Origin: Polyangia bacterium
Lineage (GTDB): Bacteria > Myxococcota_A > Polyangia > HGW-17
Direction: 5' to 3'
DNA length: 64,000 bases
Assembly: GCA_041686345.1 (NCBI GenBank)
Contig: JAWLEA010000002.1
Coordinates: forward strand, 5,318 to 69,317
A program made the position numbers and the translations under genes. Of this stretch, positions 29,674 to 39,070 are shown one piece after another; the first letter of the stretch is position 1; each line of letters starts with the position of its first letter. A model generated the notes under the pieces. The model worked only from the letters and a program-made list of their open reading frames with translations, did no database searches and was not told the origin of the DNA.

Positions 29674-30450
29674 TCAGGACTCTGAATGCAATTGGCCTGA
29701 CAATTCCTTGAGCTTTTTTTTGAAACGAAAAACAATTACTGCCAAAGAAACAATTACAACAACCGCCAAAGCACTAAAGATGATTAAAACCAAGGGGGGA
29801 AGATAAAAGAAACTACTTGCAGTTGAACTGCTGGTTTTTGCTTTTCTCAGATCAGCCAACTGAATAATTACAGATACACTGCCAGCATCAAGCTCAGCTA
29901 TGGAACCGGCAACCAGAGTCTGAACATCAGTGGGTTTCATTTGAAATTCTTCTTCGTTTACTTTGAGAACAACCGAAGCCTTTTCAGGAACCAGCTTTTT
30001 GTTGGTGTGACCGATGTTTGTATTGTTCTGGGGAATAGCAAAGTGGATGCGGGCAAAATGAATACCTGGAAGTCTCTCCATTGTTTTAGCCAATTCTCCG
30101 GCCAGGGCAATATAATAGCGGTTGATTTTATTTCCCGGATTAGGGAGCAAACCTGATTTTTTGGTTACTAAATCGTAATCCCGGTGTTTATCTGAAGGTA
30201 TATCAAGTTTATTCAGAATAGAAACAGCTTGTGCGGCATCACTTTTGTCAACTTCAATTCCATAATGTCCCTTGCGCTCGTCTCTGATGAATTTTTCGGC
30301 TTTTATCCCTCTGTTTTGCAGAACAGTCAATACTTTGTTGGCTTCTTTTTCAGAAAGTTCGTTAAAAAGATCTGCCTTGCAGCCGATAACAGTAAAACTG
30401 AGCAGTATAAAAATCCAAAAAAATAATTTATTAATTTTTACAGGAGCCAT
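29674..30450 (-). CDS. YscJ/EscJ/HrcJ (SctJ)-family lipoprotein, orphan
   Basis: Lipobox VIGCKADL. LSEKEANKVLTVLQNRGIKAEK...DKSDAAQAVSILNKL...KSGLLPNPGNKINRYYIALAGELAKTMERLPGIHFARIHFAIPQ aligns along the whole length with Yersinia YscJ ([33 protein letters not shown]...ESDVAQAIDILKRKG...[45 protein letters not shown]). It has a C-terminal TM anchor. 258 aa, the same size as SctJ. Confidence 0.75.
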   Translation of the reverse strand: MAPVKINKLFFWIFILLSFTVIGCKADLFNELSEKEANKVLTVLQNRGIKAEKFIRDERKGHYGIEVDKSDAAQAVSILNKLDIPSDKHRDYDLVTKKSGLLPNPGNKINRYYIALAGELAKTMERLPGIHFARIHFAIPQNNTNIGHTNKKLVPEKASVVLKVNEEEFQMKPTDVQTLVAGSIAELDAGSVSVIIQLADLRKAKTSSSTASSFFYLPPLVLIIFSALAVVVIVSLAVIVFRFKKKLKELSGQLHSES

Positions 30451-30625
30451 TAATCATAACCTGAAATAATCGTACAGAAAACTTGCCAATTCCCCTCTCA
30501 AAAGAGAAAATATCCGTCCTTCAAGAATTTCACCCAATGATAAAAAACACAAATGCCTGATTAAATAAAGTATATCTTACAATTATACGGGGAAATTTGG
30601 CGGACGGCCAATAAAGCTCCCTGTC

Positions 30626-31108
30626 CTATTTATCGAGTTTTCTCACGTAATCAAGAAAAGATGATTTGTTTTCCATGATGTTGTGGTATTTTTCTCTGGA
30701 CATATTGCCCTTGCGACGACCTCGTTTTCTCTGATTGCCAGATTTATTCCGGTTTTTTCTTCGATAATAACGATGTCCTCCATATCTTCTGCCCAAACCT
30801 TCAGCTATAAGCTCTTTAGCCAGAGTTTCAGGTTCAACTTCATCATTTTTGGCTAAAAATGCCAATTCCCGGTAAAGAGATTTTGACATTTCTATTTTGA
30901 AATCACCATCCCATTCATTTTCATCAATAGGGGTGGGAGGATGTTTGAGGGATTCAATCTTTTCTTCAGTTGATTTATCCAAAAGTTCAATAACTTCTTC
31001 CCAAGTTTCACCTTGAACTGTACACTCCGGCAACTCCGGCACTCTTCCTTCATACTTTTCTTCTTCAGGATTATAATTTACAACAATGCGATAATGTCTA
31101 TGTTTCAT
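30626..31108 (-). CDS. HicB-like (UPF0150) antitoxin-fold protein with RHH domain and arginine-rich tail
   Basis: N-terminal YRIVVNYNPEEEKYEGRVPELPECTVQGETWEEVIELL matches the HicB fold. FKIEMSKSLYRELAFLAKNDEVEPETLAKELIAEGL looks RHH-like. C-terminal RRKNRNKSGNQRKRGRRKG. No HicA partner in either flank. Confidence 0.65.
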   Translation of the reverse strand: MKHRHYRIVVNYNPEEEKYEGRVPELPECTVQGETWEEVIELLDKSTEEKIESLKHPPTPIDENEWDGDFKIEMSKSLYRELAFLAKNDEVEPETLAKELIAEGLGRRYGGHRYYRRKNRNKSGNQRKRGRRKGNMSREKYHNIMENKSSFLDYVRKLDK

Positions 31109-31278
31109 GTTAGAGAAAATCCTCCCTTTTTAACCATGGATTTCTCCTGGTCAGGTGTTTATTTGTTGAAATCTTCAATTGCTTTCAGATTTGTAATTTC
31201 TTGTCTTCACAACAGAAACTGAAAAAATTAAGAAAATGGATGGTATTAATGAAATACAGACCAACCGATTTTCATTTT

Positions 31279-31297
31279 AATTCCCGTCCCAGATTAA
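31279..31297. repeat. Solo MITE-end remnant
   Basis: AATTCCCGTCCCAGATTAA matches the TIR core. Confidence 0.35.
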
Positions 31298-31619
31298 TTC
31301 ATAAGGTTAATTTTGGAAATGTCAATATAATTGTAGTTCAGTCTGTACAATCAGATTAATGCATCCCGTATATCTGCGTGTCTGCGAAAGAACTGCCTGA
31401 GTTTTTTCTTGAAAAAATTTTAATTTTATATAACTTTAATCTTCTTGTGGATATCAATGAAAACAAACTTGAAATCTACAACAATCAATATTATTCATAA
31501 TTTTGTTCAACCACAACAAAATTACAGAAAGTACAAAATTCCAGTCCAATTTTCCCAATCTGCTTCAAAATTTCTGGAATTTTGAAACTGGAATAATCAA
31601 TAGCAAGTACAGGTGAAAC

Positions 31620-32183
31620 ATGGCTCAAAGTTCTGATCTCAGAAAAAATTTGAAAATCCTCATTGACGACGAACCCTATGTTGTTTTCGAAGTTAATTTT
31701 GTAAAACCGGGAAAGGGAACTGCCTTCTACAAATGCCGAATTCGCAATCTCATCACCGGAGCTGTTCTCGACAAAACCTGGAGATCAAGCGACAAAATTG
31801 AACTGGCTGATACTGAAGTCAGAGAACTTGAATACATCTATCAGGATGATCTGCATTATGTTTTCATGGATACCGAAACCTATGAACAAACAAGAATGAG
31901 CGGTGAGCTTCTTGACGAAGACAAATATTATCTCACAGACAACCTCAGGGTTGAAGTTCTTTTCTTTAACGACAAACCGGTAGGAATTGAACTCCCATAC
32001 TTTGTCGAACTTCAGGTAACCAAATGTGAACCCGGATTCAAAGGTGACACCGCTCAGGGAGCCACCAAACCTGCAACCGTAAGCACCGGACTCGAAGTTG
32101 ATGTTCCCCTGTTTGTAGAAGAAGGCGAATGGCTGAAAATCGATACCAGAACCGGTGAATATGTAGAAAGAATCCAAAAATAA
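31620..32183 (+). CDS. efp: Elongation factor P
   Basis: 187 aa. KPGKG loop (VKPGKGTAFYKCRI) with the lysine at the beta-lysylation position. Three OB-like domains. Confidence 0.9.
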   Translation: MAQSSDLRKNLKILIDDEPYVVFEVNFVKPGKGTAFYKCRIRNLITGAVLDKTWRSSDKIELADTEVRELEYIYQDDLHYVFMDTETYEQTRMSGELLDEDKYYLTDNLRVEVLFFNDKPVGIELPYFVELQVTKCEPGFKGDTAQGATKPATVSTGLEVDVPLFVEEGEWLKIDTRTGEYVERIQK

Positions 32184-32184
32184 A

Positions 32185-33357
32185 ATGAAGCCTGTTCTGG
32201 CCAGGATTATTTCTGCCGCTCCTCCTCAGGCGCAAAATCATATCCGTATTTACCAACTTCAAAGTACTCCCTCCCCACCATATAAAACAGGAGACTGGGT
32301 TTATCTCGACCACATATCCGGCAGCGATAAATATCGGATAAACAGCATGGCTCAACCCACTCGAAACAATTTTCCTTGCTTCGAATGGAAAAGATTGCAT
32401 CAACAACTCGATAACGGCCTGAATCGTCTCGAAATATTGCAACTCCGAAGTCGAATCCTGCATCAGATCAGAGAATTTTTTCGCACCAAAGGACATTTGG
32501 AAGTAGAAACTCCTCTACTGGTTCCTTCCCCGGGAGTGGAAACCCATCTCAAGGCCGTAAAAACTGAGGATTACTTTCTTTCCCCTTCTCCGGAATTTCA
32601 GATGAAAAGGCTGCTGGTCGGAGGTATCGGCTCTATCTATCAAATTGCCCATTCTTTCCGGGCAGGTGAAACAGGAAACAGGCACAATCCTGAATTTACC
32701 ATGCTGGAATGGTACTCAACCCAAATCAACGGAGAAGAACTGCGCCGAGAAACTGAAGAATTAATTTCCTTTTTGCAGGCCAAGCTCGAACTTCCCTGTC
32801 CCCTGCCTGAACCTCCTTATCGCAGAATCACCATGGAGCAAGCTTTTGCTGAGCATGCCGGGGTAACAGATCTGCGAGCCAATCCCAGACAGATGTTTGC
32901 CGAAGCCGGCATCCTGGAAAAATACCGGGAAGAAACAACTTGGGAAGAAGGTTTTTTTGAAATTTTCATAGAAAAAGTAGAACCGGCTTTAACAAGTGAG
33001 GGGCCGGTATTTCTTACCCAGTGGCCTCTTGAATTTGCCTCCCTCTCCAAACCTCTGGAGTCAAATTCCAAAGTTGCCGACCGCTTTGAGTTTTTTGCTG
33101 AAAATCTGGAAATAGCCAATGGTTTTGCCGAACTTATCGAACCAGATATCCAACGCAAACGTTGTCTGGAAGACTTGGAATATCGCAAAAAACACAAACT
33201 TGAACTCTATCCCCTTGACGAAAAATTTCTGAATTCGCTCAAGGAGGGAATGCCTCCCACCAGCGGTATTGCTCTGGGTTTGGATCGTTTGATCATGCTT
33301 TTTGCCGGAACCAGCAAAATAGAAAACGTACTTACTTTTTCTCACTCTGAACTTTAA
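32185..33357 (+). CDS. epmA: EF-P Lys34 lysyltransferase EpmA (PoxA/GenX); the true start is probably ATG 32347
   Basis: Class II aaRS catalytic core without an anticodon-binding domain. LEVETPLL, SFRAGETGNRHNPEFTMLEWY (motif 2), GIALGLDRLIML (motif 3). Immediately 3' of efp. Confidence 0.8.
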   Translation: MKPVLARIISAAPPQAQNHIRIYQLQSTPSPPYKTGDWVYLDHISGSDKYRINSMAQPTRNNFPCFEWKRLHQQLDNGLNRLEILQLRSRILHQIREFFRTKGHLEVETPLLVPSPGVETHLKAVKTEDYFLSPSPEFQMKRLLVGGIGSIYQIAHSFRAGETGNRHNPEFTMLEWYSTQINGEELRRETEELISFLQAKLELPCPLPEPPYRRITMEQAFAEHAGVTDLRANPRQMFAEAGILEKYREETTWEEGFFEIFIEKVEPALTSEGPVFLTQWPLEFASLSKPLESNSKVADRFEFFAENLEIANGFAELIEPDIQRKRCLEDLEYRKKHKLELYPLDEKFLNSLKEGMPPTSGIALGLDRLIMLFAGTSKIENVLTFSHSEL

Positions 33358-33388
33358 AACTAAACTGCAAATCTCTGCAAATTAAAAA

Positions 33389-34510
33389 TCAGGGTACAAT
33401 CACCTTGAGATAATTACCATCTATTTTGAGTTTGCCTTTATTTCGGAAAGTTCTGGAATATTTCCTGACTTTGCGATTGATTATTCTGCTCCATCTTTTA
33501 CCGGCAGGTCGGGGTAATTTTCCGTATTTTTTCTTTTTTTCCGAAGGACCGTTGAGAACAACGGGAATGAATTTTATCTTTTCCATTCTTGTGGACTTGC
33601 CCTTTTTAACAAATCTGAGGCTGGCTATCCCCGAATATTTTCTGGATTTCCAGGTATTATCAAATAAAAAATTTCCCAAAGACCAGAAAGCTAACATTTT
33701 GCCTTTCATCTGAATACCACGCAAAACATGGGGGTGAGAACCTATAAGCAGATCAAGACCGGCCTTGGCGAGCAAATTGATTAATTTTTTTTCAAACCTG
33801 AACGCAGTATTTTTGTACTCTTCTCCGAAATGAAGCATGAGAACTGCAAAATCGACTTTCTTTTTCAATTTGGCAATTACGGGAGGCAGGTATTTATAAT
33901 TGCCTCGAAAAGGTGAATAAGCATAAAAAGCCCCCTTTTTGGGAGGAGGAAAATTGAAAAGAGTTGTTACAGAAATTATTCCAACTTTAATACCATTTTT
34001 ATTGATGATGTGTGGATTCCAAGCCTCTTCAAGAGTTTTTCCGGATCCTGTTGCTCCCAGACTGGATTTTTTAAGAATGGAAACTGTCTCCAGAACTCCT
34101 TTTATTCCCTGATCGAAAGTATGATTATTGGCTGTTCCCAAAACTGTAAAACCTGCTTTTTTAAGAATTTTGGCTCCCTGGGGACGTCCATAAAAAGTGA
34201 GCATGTGATTACGGGCATATCTTGCCTCATCTGGGTTGCATTTCTTTAATTTGCATCGGCGAGGTTTGCGACGATTTCGGTATCTTTTGCGACAAAGAGG
34301 TGTTTCCAAGTTTCCCGCAACTATATCTCTATTCTGAAAATATTTTTTTACATAGCGAAAAGGATCGTCCAAACCGAATTTTTTGCCGGATCTTCCAAAA
34401 AAAATGTCTCCCACAGCTGCAAAATCAAGGTTTTTCGTTGTATCCGCAAAAGAAGAATTTTTGCCAATGGGAACAATTGAAAGGAAAAAAGCAAGATAGA
34501 CATTAAACAT
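33389..34510 (-). CDS. CapA/PGA_cap-family metallophosphatase-like protein
   Basis: Signal peptide. AAVGDIFFGR, GNLETPL, GTANNH, MLHFGEEY and GSHPHVLRG blocks are typical of CapA. A basic insertion RKRYRNRRKPRRCKLKKC is unusual. Confidence 0.7.
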   Translation of the reverse strand: MFNVYLAFFLSIVPIGKNSSFADTTKNLDFAAVGDIFFGRSGKKFGLDDPFRYVKKYFQNRDIVAGNLETPLCRKRYRNRRKPRRCKLKKCNPDEARYARNHMLTFYGRPQGAKILKKAGFTVLGTANNHTFDQGIKGVLETVSILKKSSLGATGSGKTLEEAWNPHIINKNGIKVGIISVTTLFNFPPPKKGAFYAYSPFRGNYKYLPPVIAKLKKKVDFAVLMLHFGEEYKNTAFRFEKKLINLLAKAGLDLLIGSHPHVLRGIQMKGKMLAFWSLGNFLFDNTWKSRKYSGIASLRFVKKGKSTRMEKIKFIPVVLNGPSEKKKKYGKLPRPAGKRWSRIINRKVRKYSRTFRNKGKLKIDGNYLKVIVP

Positions 34511-34706
34511 AAATTGTGTATTCTTAAGTAAAATTTTCCGGAAAATAATGCCGGTATTGGGTATTAGAAACCAAGATTGCCTGGTATTATACTAAATTTT
34601 AAGACAAATATTCAACCATAAAACCCGATTCGCCGGCAACTTGCTTTGCATTAAGGGTTTGAAGAATGTAAAAACTTTGTAATTTTATATTATCATGGAG
34701 ATTAAA

Positions 34707-36059
34707 ATGAAAAAATTATTTGGTACAGATGGTGTCAGAGGGATCGCCAATCAAGAACCAATGACACCTGAGATAGCTTTGAGATTAGGACAAGCCGCGG
34801 GATATATATTTTCCGGAAAAGGAAAAAGTGGGCGTTTTTTAATTGGCAAAGATACCCGTTTATCCTGCTATATGTTTGAAAATGCTATAGCTTCCGGCAT
34901 CATGTCCACCGGAGGGGATGTCTATTTTGTCGGTCCCATGCCAACTCCCGCTATTGCCCATCTCACCACTTCCATGAGAGCCGACGCCGGTATTGTCATC
35001 AGTGCCTCCCATAACCCCTATGATCACAACGGAATCAAATTTTTCTCGTCCAAAGGATACAAACTCCCTGACAAAACAGAAAAGTTAATTGAAAAATTTG
35101 TTTTTTCAGACGATTTCAAACAAAATCTGGTAACCAAAAAAAATATAGGTCGTTCTCGACGCATAGACGATGCTTCCGGGCGCTATATCACCTTCTGCAA
35201 AAACAGTTTTCCCGAAGAAATGAGCATGGACGGACTGCGCTTGGTTGTAGACTGCGCCCATGGAGCTGCTTACAAAGTTGCTCCGCTTATTTTCGAAGAA
35301 TTGGGAGCCGAGGTAATTCCAGTGGGGGTCAAACCAAACGGAGTCAATATAAACGACTATTCAGGAGCTTTGTATCCTCAAAATACAGCTAAACTCGTCA
35401 CCAAATACAGAGCGGATCTGGGAATTGCCCTGGACGGAGATGCAGACCGTGCCATCCTCATAGATGAAAAAGGCGAAATCGTTCACGGAGACGCTATTTT
35501 GGCTTTGATTGCTTCAAGAATGCTTAAAAATAATTCATTAGCTCACAAGACCCTGGTTACAACTGTAATGAGCAATCTCGGACTTGATCATGCCCTGAAA
35601 AGATTTGGAGGAAAGGTTGTCAGAACCGATGTTGGTGATCGTAATGTTTTTCAGGAGATGCAGGAAAATGGATATAATCTGGGAGGCGAACAATCCGGGC
35701 ACATAATTTTGCGTGATCACGCCACCACGGGGGATGGGATCATTGCCTCACTGCAGGTTCTTTCCATAATTCTCGATGAACGCAAATCCCTGAGTGAATT
35801 AAAAAATTTGATTGACTATATGCCTCAGGTGCTTAAAAATCTCAAAGTAAGTGAAAAACCTCCCCTTGCATCTATTGAAGGATATAATAAGCTTTTCGAA
35901 AAACTTTCAAAAAAACTGGGTGATCAGGGTAGAATTTTTATCCGCTACTCCGGTACAGAACTCAAGGTCAGAGTTCTGGTGGAATGCAACAATAAAACCC
36001 AGGCTGAAGAAATTGCCGATACCATGATCCACTTTTTTAAAAGAAAAATTGGAGCATGA
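34707..36059 (+). CDS. glmM: Phosphoglucosamine mutase
   Basis: MKKLFGTDGVRG. Active-site Ser loop ISASHNP. GIALDGDADR metal-binding loop. GGEQSGH. An RBS GGAG lies 7 nt upstream of ATG 34707 (the ORF track starts at 34695). Confidence 0.9.
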   Translation: MKKLFGTDGVRGIANQEPMTPEIALRLGQAAGYIFSGKGKSGRFLIGKDTRLSCYMFENAIASGIMSTGGDVYFVGPMPTPAIAHLTTSMRADAGIVISASHNPYDHNGIKFFSSKGYKLPDKTEKLIEKFVFSDDFKQNLVTKKNIGRSRRIDDASGRYITFCKNSFPEEMSMDGLRLVVDCAHGAAYKVAPLIFEELGAEVIPVGVKPNGVNINDYSGALYPQNTAKLVTKYRADLGIALDGDADRAILIDEKGEIVHGDAILALIASRMLKNNSLAHKTLVTTVMSNLGLDHALKRFGGKVVRTDVGDRNVFQEMQENGYNLGGEQSGHIILRDHATTGDGIIASLQVLSIILDERKSLSELKNLIDYMPQVLKNLKVSEKPPLASIEGYNKLFEKLSKKLGDQGRIFIRYSGTELKVRVLVECNNKTQAEEIADTMIHFFKRKIGA

Positions 36060-36065
36060 AATATC

Positions 36066-36238
36066 TTAGTTCCCATCCCAGAAGTGGTGTTTTTGGCTGG
36101 TGAAAAAGTTTGCCTCAGATGCGCAGATACTTCGCAGACATAGTTGATACTATTTCAAGAAGTTACAATAAAAATGATGAGGTAAAATCACGTCGCCAGA
36201 CGATAACATCCATTTTTTGAGATGTGAACATCTTAGTT
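36066..36238 (+). repeat. MITE-like element, copy D (right TIR decayed)
   Basis: TTAGTTCCCATCCCAGAAGTGGTG...GCCTCAGATGCGCAGATACTTCG...CATCCATTTTTTGAGATGTGAACATCTTAGTT. It is followed by an extra GACGGGAAATATTTCCCG palindrome, in the glmM-pdxJ intergenic region. Confidence 0.8.
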
Positions 36239-36276
36239 GTGACGGGAAATATTTCCCGTTCAAGGAGAATAAAAAA

Positions 36277-37005
36277 ATGAATAAAATTAGACTTCATATT
36301 AACGTTGATCATATTGCAACTCTGAGACAACAAAGAGGAACCAAATACCCGGATCCGGTAACCGCAGCGGCTCTGTGTGAACTAGCCGGAGCCGATGGGA
36401 TTACCATTCATCTCCGTGAAGATCGTCGCCATATTCAAGATCGCGATCTTCGTCTTATTCGTCAGACTGTTCAGACTGTTCTCAACCTGGAAATGGCAGC
36501 CACAACTGAAATGGTTGAAATAGCCTGCAGCGTCAAACCTGATTTTGTCACCCTTGTTCCTGAAAAACGTGAAGAAAAAACAACTGAAGGTGGATTAGCT
36601 CTGGATAATCCCAATACTTACTCCAATATCAATACCGCCGTAGTTAAATTACAAAAAGCAGGTATTCCGGTATCGTTATTTATTGATCCAGATTCCCGGA
36701 TAGTTGAACTTGCAAAAAAATTGCAGGCACAAATAATTGAACTTCATACAGGAGATTATACCCTGGCGGAAAACAAAGAGGATGAAGAAACTGAACTTGA
36801 TCGTCTTTTTGAAGCAGCTGAAAAAGCAAAAGAACTGGACTTGAAACTAGCTGCTGGCCACGGACTTGATTACACCAATGTTCAGGGTATTTTGGATCTT
36901 CCGGAATTGCAGGAATTGAACATCGGACATTCCATTATTTCCCGAGCTGCCCTGACGGGTCTGGAAAACGCCGTAAAAGACATGATCATTCACATCGAAT
37001 CATAA
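36277..37005 (+). CDS. pdxJ: Pyridoxine 5'-phosphate synthase
   Basis: MNKIRLHINVDHIATLRQQRG matches PdxJ N-termini. An AAGGAG RBS lies upstream. The ORF-track start at 36217 is upstream of the conserved N-terminus. Confidence 0.9.
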   Translation: MNKIRLHINVDHIATLRQQRGTKYPDPVTAAALCELAGADGITIHLREDRRHIQDRDLRLIRQTVQTVLNLEMAATTEMVEIACSVKPDFVTLVPEKREEKTTEGGLALDNPNTYSNINTAVVKLQKAGIPVSLFIDPDSRIVELAKKLQAQIIELHTGDYTLAENKEDEETELDRLFEAAEKAKELDLKLAAGHGLDYTNVQGILDLPELQELNIGHSIISRAALTGLENAVKDMIIHIES

Positions 37006-37101
37006 TCTTATTTTTTTCCATAATTCAAGCAAGGGGTTGTATTTTTTTCTTTGCATTTTTTCCTTCTCTTAATTAAATTTTATTCTCATGGAGGCAAAAA
37101 A

Positions 37102-38691
37102 ATGAGACTTGTTACGTCTGGAGAAATGAAAAAACTCGATCTGTTTACCATAAATGATCTGGAGGTTCCTGATTCAGTTTTGATGGAATTAGCCGGTTTT
37201 GGTGTAGTCCAGAAAATCATTGGTAAATGGGAGGTGGAATCCTCCACTTTTCTTATAATTTGCGGCAAAGGAAATAATGGCGGCGATGGTTATGTAGTCG
37301 CTCGCCATCTTTTCAACAAAGGACTCGAAGTAAGTATTCTTTCTCTGGGACCTGAAAAATTGGGGAAAAGCGGCAAAATCAACTATGATGTTGCGGTTAA
37401 CCTGGATATTCCCATTTATGAAGTAACTTCCACCGCAGATCTGATGAATTTTGAAAATATTATTCAAAATTCCGACTTCATAATTGATGCTGTTTTTGGC
37501 ACAGGTCTTGATCGCCCTATCATGGGAATTGCCCGAGAGATCATCTCCGCCGTCAATGCCACCGACAGTATCAAAATTGCTGTGGATATGCCTTCGGGAA
37601 TAAGTGCAGATCACGGCTGTGTCCTTGGAGAACATGCCATCAAAGCCGATCTTACTGTCACCTTTGCTTTTCCCAAAATAGGACAATTTTCCTCGCCGGG
37701 TTTTGCCTATTGCGGTGAAGTAGAAGTCGTTGATATTGGGGTGGTTGATCATCAGCAACCCCAATCCAGACGCTGTTTCCTGCTTACTGACAACTGGGTA
37801 CGTTCCAACCTGCCCTACAGACCTGCCTACGGTCACAAGGGAACTTTCGGCCATACTCTGATCATGGCCGGTTCTATTGGAAAATCCGGAGCTGCAATTA
37901 TGGCTTCAGAAGCTGCTGTAAGTGCCGGAGCCGGGTTGGTTACTGTCCTTGCTCCCCAAAATATTATTCCCACCCTGATGGGAAGACTCACAGAAGTTAT
38001 GGGAAGCGGTTACGGAACCGAAGATGGGACCATTCAAATCAATGATTATAATCTGATCAAAGCTGCAATGGCCAATAAAAAGGTTATGGCAATAGGTCCG
38101 GGTATACCCAATAATGAAATAATGCTGGGAATTCTGGAAAAAATTATCAAAAACTCAGAAATACCTCTGGTTCTTGATGCCGATGCACTCAATCTTATTT
38201 CCCGGAATCCACAAATTCTGAAAAATTCCAAAGTTCCCATCCTAATCACCCCTCACCCCGGGGAATTTTCCCGCCTCTTCGATCAACCGGTAGCTCAAAT
38301 TCAAAAAAGGCGCATTGAAACAGCCCTTGAATTTGCTCGCAAATACAAAGTATTTGTCTTGCTCAAAGGTGCCCGATCCATTATTGCTTCTCCTCAGGGA
38401 GAAATTGCTGTCAATCCCACTGGCAACAACGGCATGGCCAGTGGCGGCACCGGAGATGTTTTAACCGGAATAACAGCCTCTTTCATTTCCCAAGGAGTCG
38501 ATCCCTTTACAGCTGCTGGAATTGGAGCCTTCCTGCATGGCAGAGCCGGCGATCTTGCAGCCCGGGAAAAGGGCAAATTTTCCCTGAAGGCTACAGATCT
38601 GATCCAGTATTTGCCAGTCTCTTTTTATTCCCTCAACAGTGAAAATCTACACAATTTTTCTGAAAAACCCTACAAACAATATATATCTTAG
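37102..38691 (+). CDS. nnr: Bifunctional NAD(P)H-hydrate epimerase/dehydratase
   Basis: N-terminal YjeF-N (CGKGNNGGDG) and C-terminal carbohydrate-kinase-like domain (GPG...HPGE...GGTGDVL). A GGAGG RBS precedes ATG 37102. Confidence 0.85.
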   Translation: MRLVTSGEMKKLDLFTINDLEVPDSVLMELAGFGVVQKIIGKWEVESSTFLIICGKGNNGGDGYVVARHLFNKGLEVSILSLGPEKLGKSGKINYDVAVNLDIPIYEVTSTADLMNFENIIQNSDFIIDAVFGTGLDRPIMGIAREIISAVNATDSIKIAVDMPSGISADHGCVLGEHAIKADLTVTFAFPKIGQFSSPGFAYCGEVEVVDIGVVDHQQPQSRRCFLLTDNWVRSNLPYRPAYGHKGTFGHTLIMAGSIGKSGAAIMASEAAVSAGAGLVTVLAPQNIIPTLMGRLTEVMGSGYGTEDGTIQINDYNLIKAAMANKKVMAIGPGIPNNEIMLGILEKIIKNSEIPLVLDADALNLISRNPQILKNSKVPILITPHPGEFSRLFDQPVAQIQKRRIETALEFARKYKVFVLLKGARSIIASPQGEIAVNPTGNNGMASGGTGDVLTGITASFISQGVDPFTAAGIGAFLHGRAGDLAAREKGKFSLKATDLIQYLPVSFYSLNSENLHNFSEKPYKQYIS

Positions 38692-38825
38692 CTTTTTCAT
38701 CTTCTTCAATTAACCGGTTCGTCTGAAATTTTGCGATTCTTCATATTTTAGAGAATTTTTTCTTGAAAGTATTCAATGTTTAATTTAATAACTAGAAACG
38801 AGAATCAATAATTCCCGCAACAATT

Positions 38826-39001
38826 AACTAGTTTCCATCCCAAAAATGGGGTTATTGGTTGGTGAAGAAGTTTGCCTCAGATGCGCGGAATAACTTCGAA
38901 GACATAGTTGCCACTATATCAAGAAGTTATGACAAAGCAGATGAAGCCAGTTTCCGTCGCCAGACGATGACATCCATTTTTGGGATGGGAACTAACTAGT
39001 T
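38826..39001 (+). repeat. MITE-like element, copy E (full; both AACTAGTT ends intact)
   Basis: AACTAGTTTCCATCCCAAAAATGGGG...GCCTCAGATGCGCGGAATAACTTCG...CATCCATTTTTGGGATGGGAACTAACTAGTT. Lies between nnr and rnfA. Confidence 0.85.
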
Positions 39002-39070
39002 CCTGGAGTCTGTACCTTTGTTTCGGTTGTCATATCTGCTCCAGGTAATATTTTCGGGAGGAAATATCTG

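Noticed and set aside
29674-31108. A type III secretion or flagellar gene cluster around the SctJ-like gene
   Set aside because: The neighbours are a rhomboid protease and a HicB-like protein. No other Sct or Fli components are in the window, so I report the gene as an orphan.
36061-36239. Possible 9-bp target-site duplication ATCTTAGTT flanking MITE copy D
   Set aside because: The same (A)ACTAGTT-like sequence is the terminal palindrome of every copy, so it belongs to the element and is not a duplicated target site. True TSDs could not be defined by eye.
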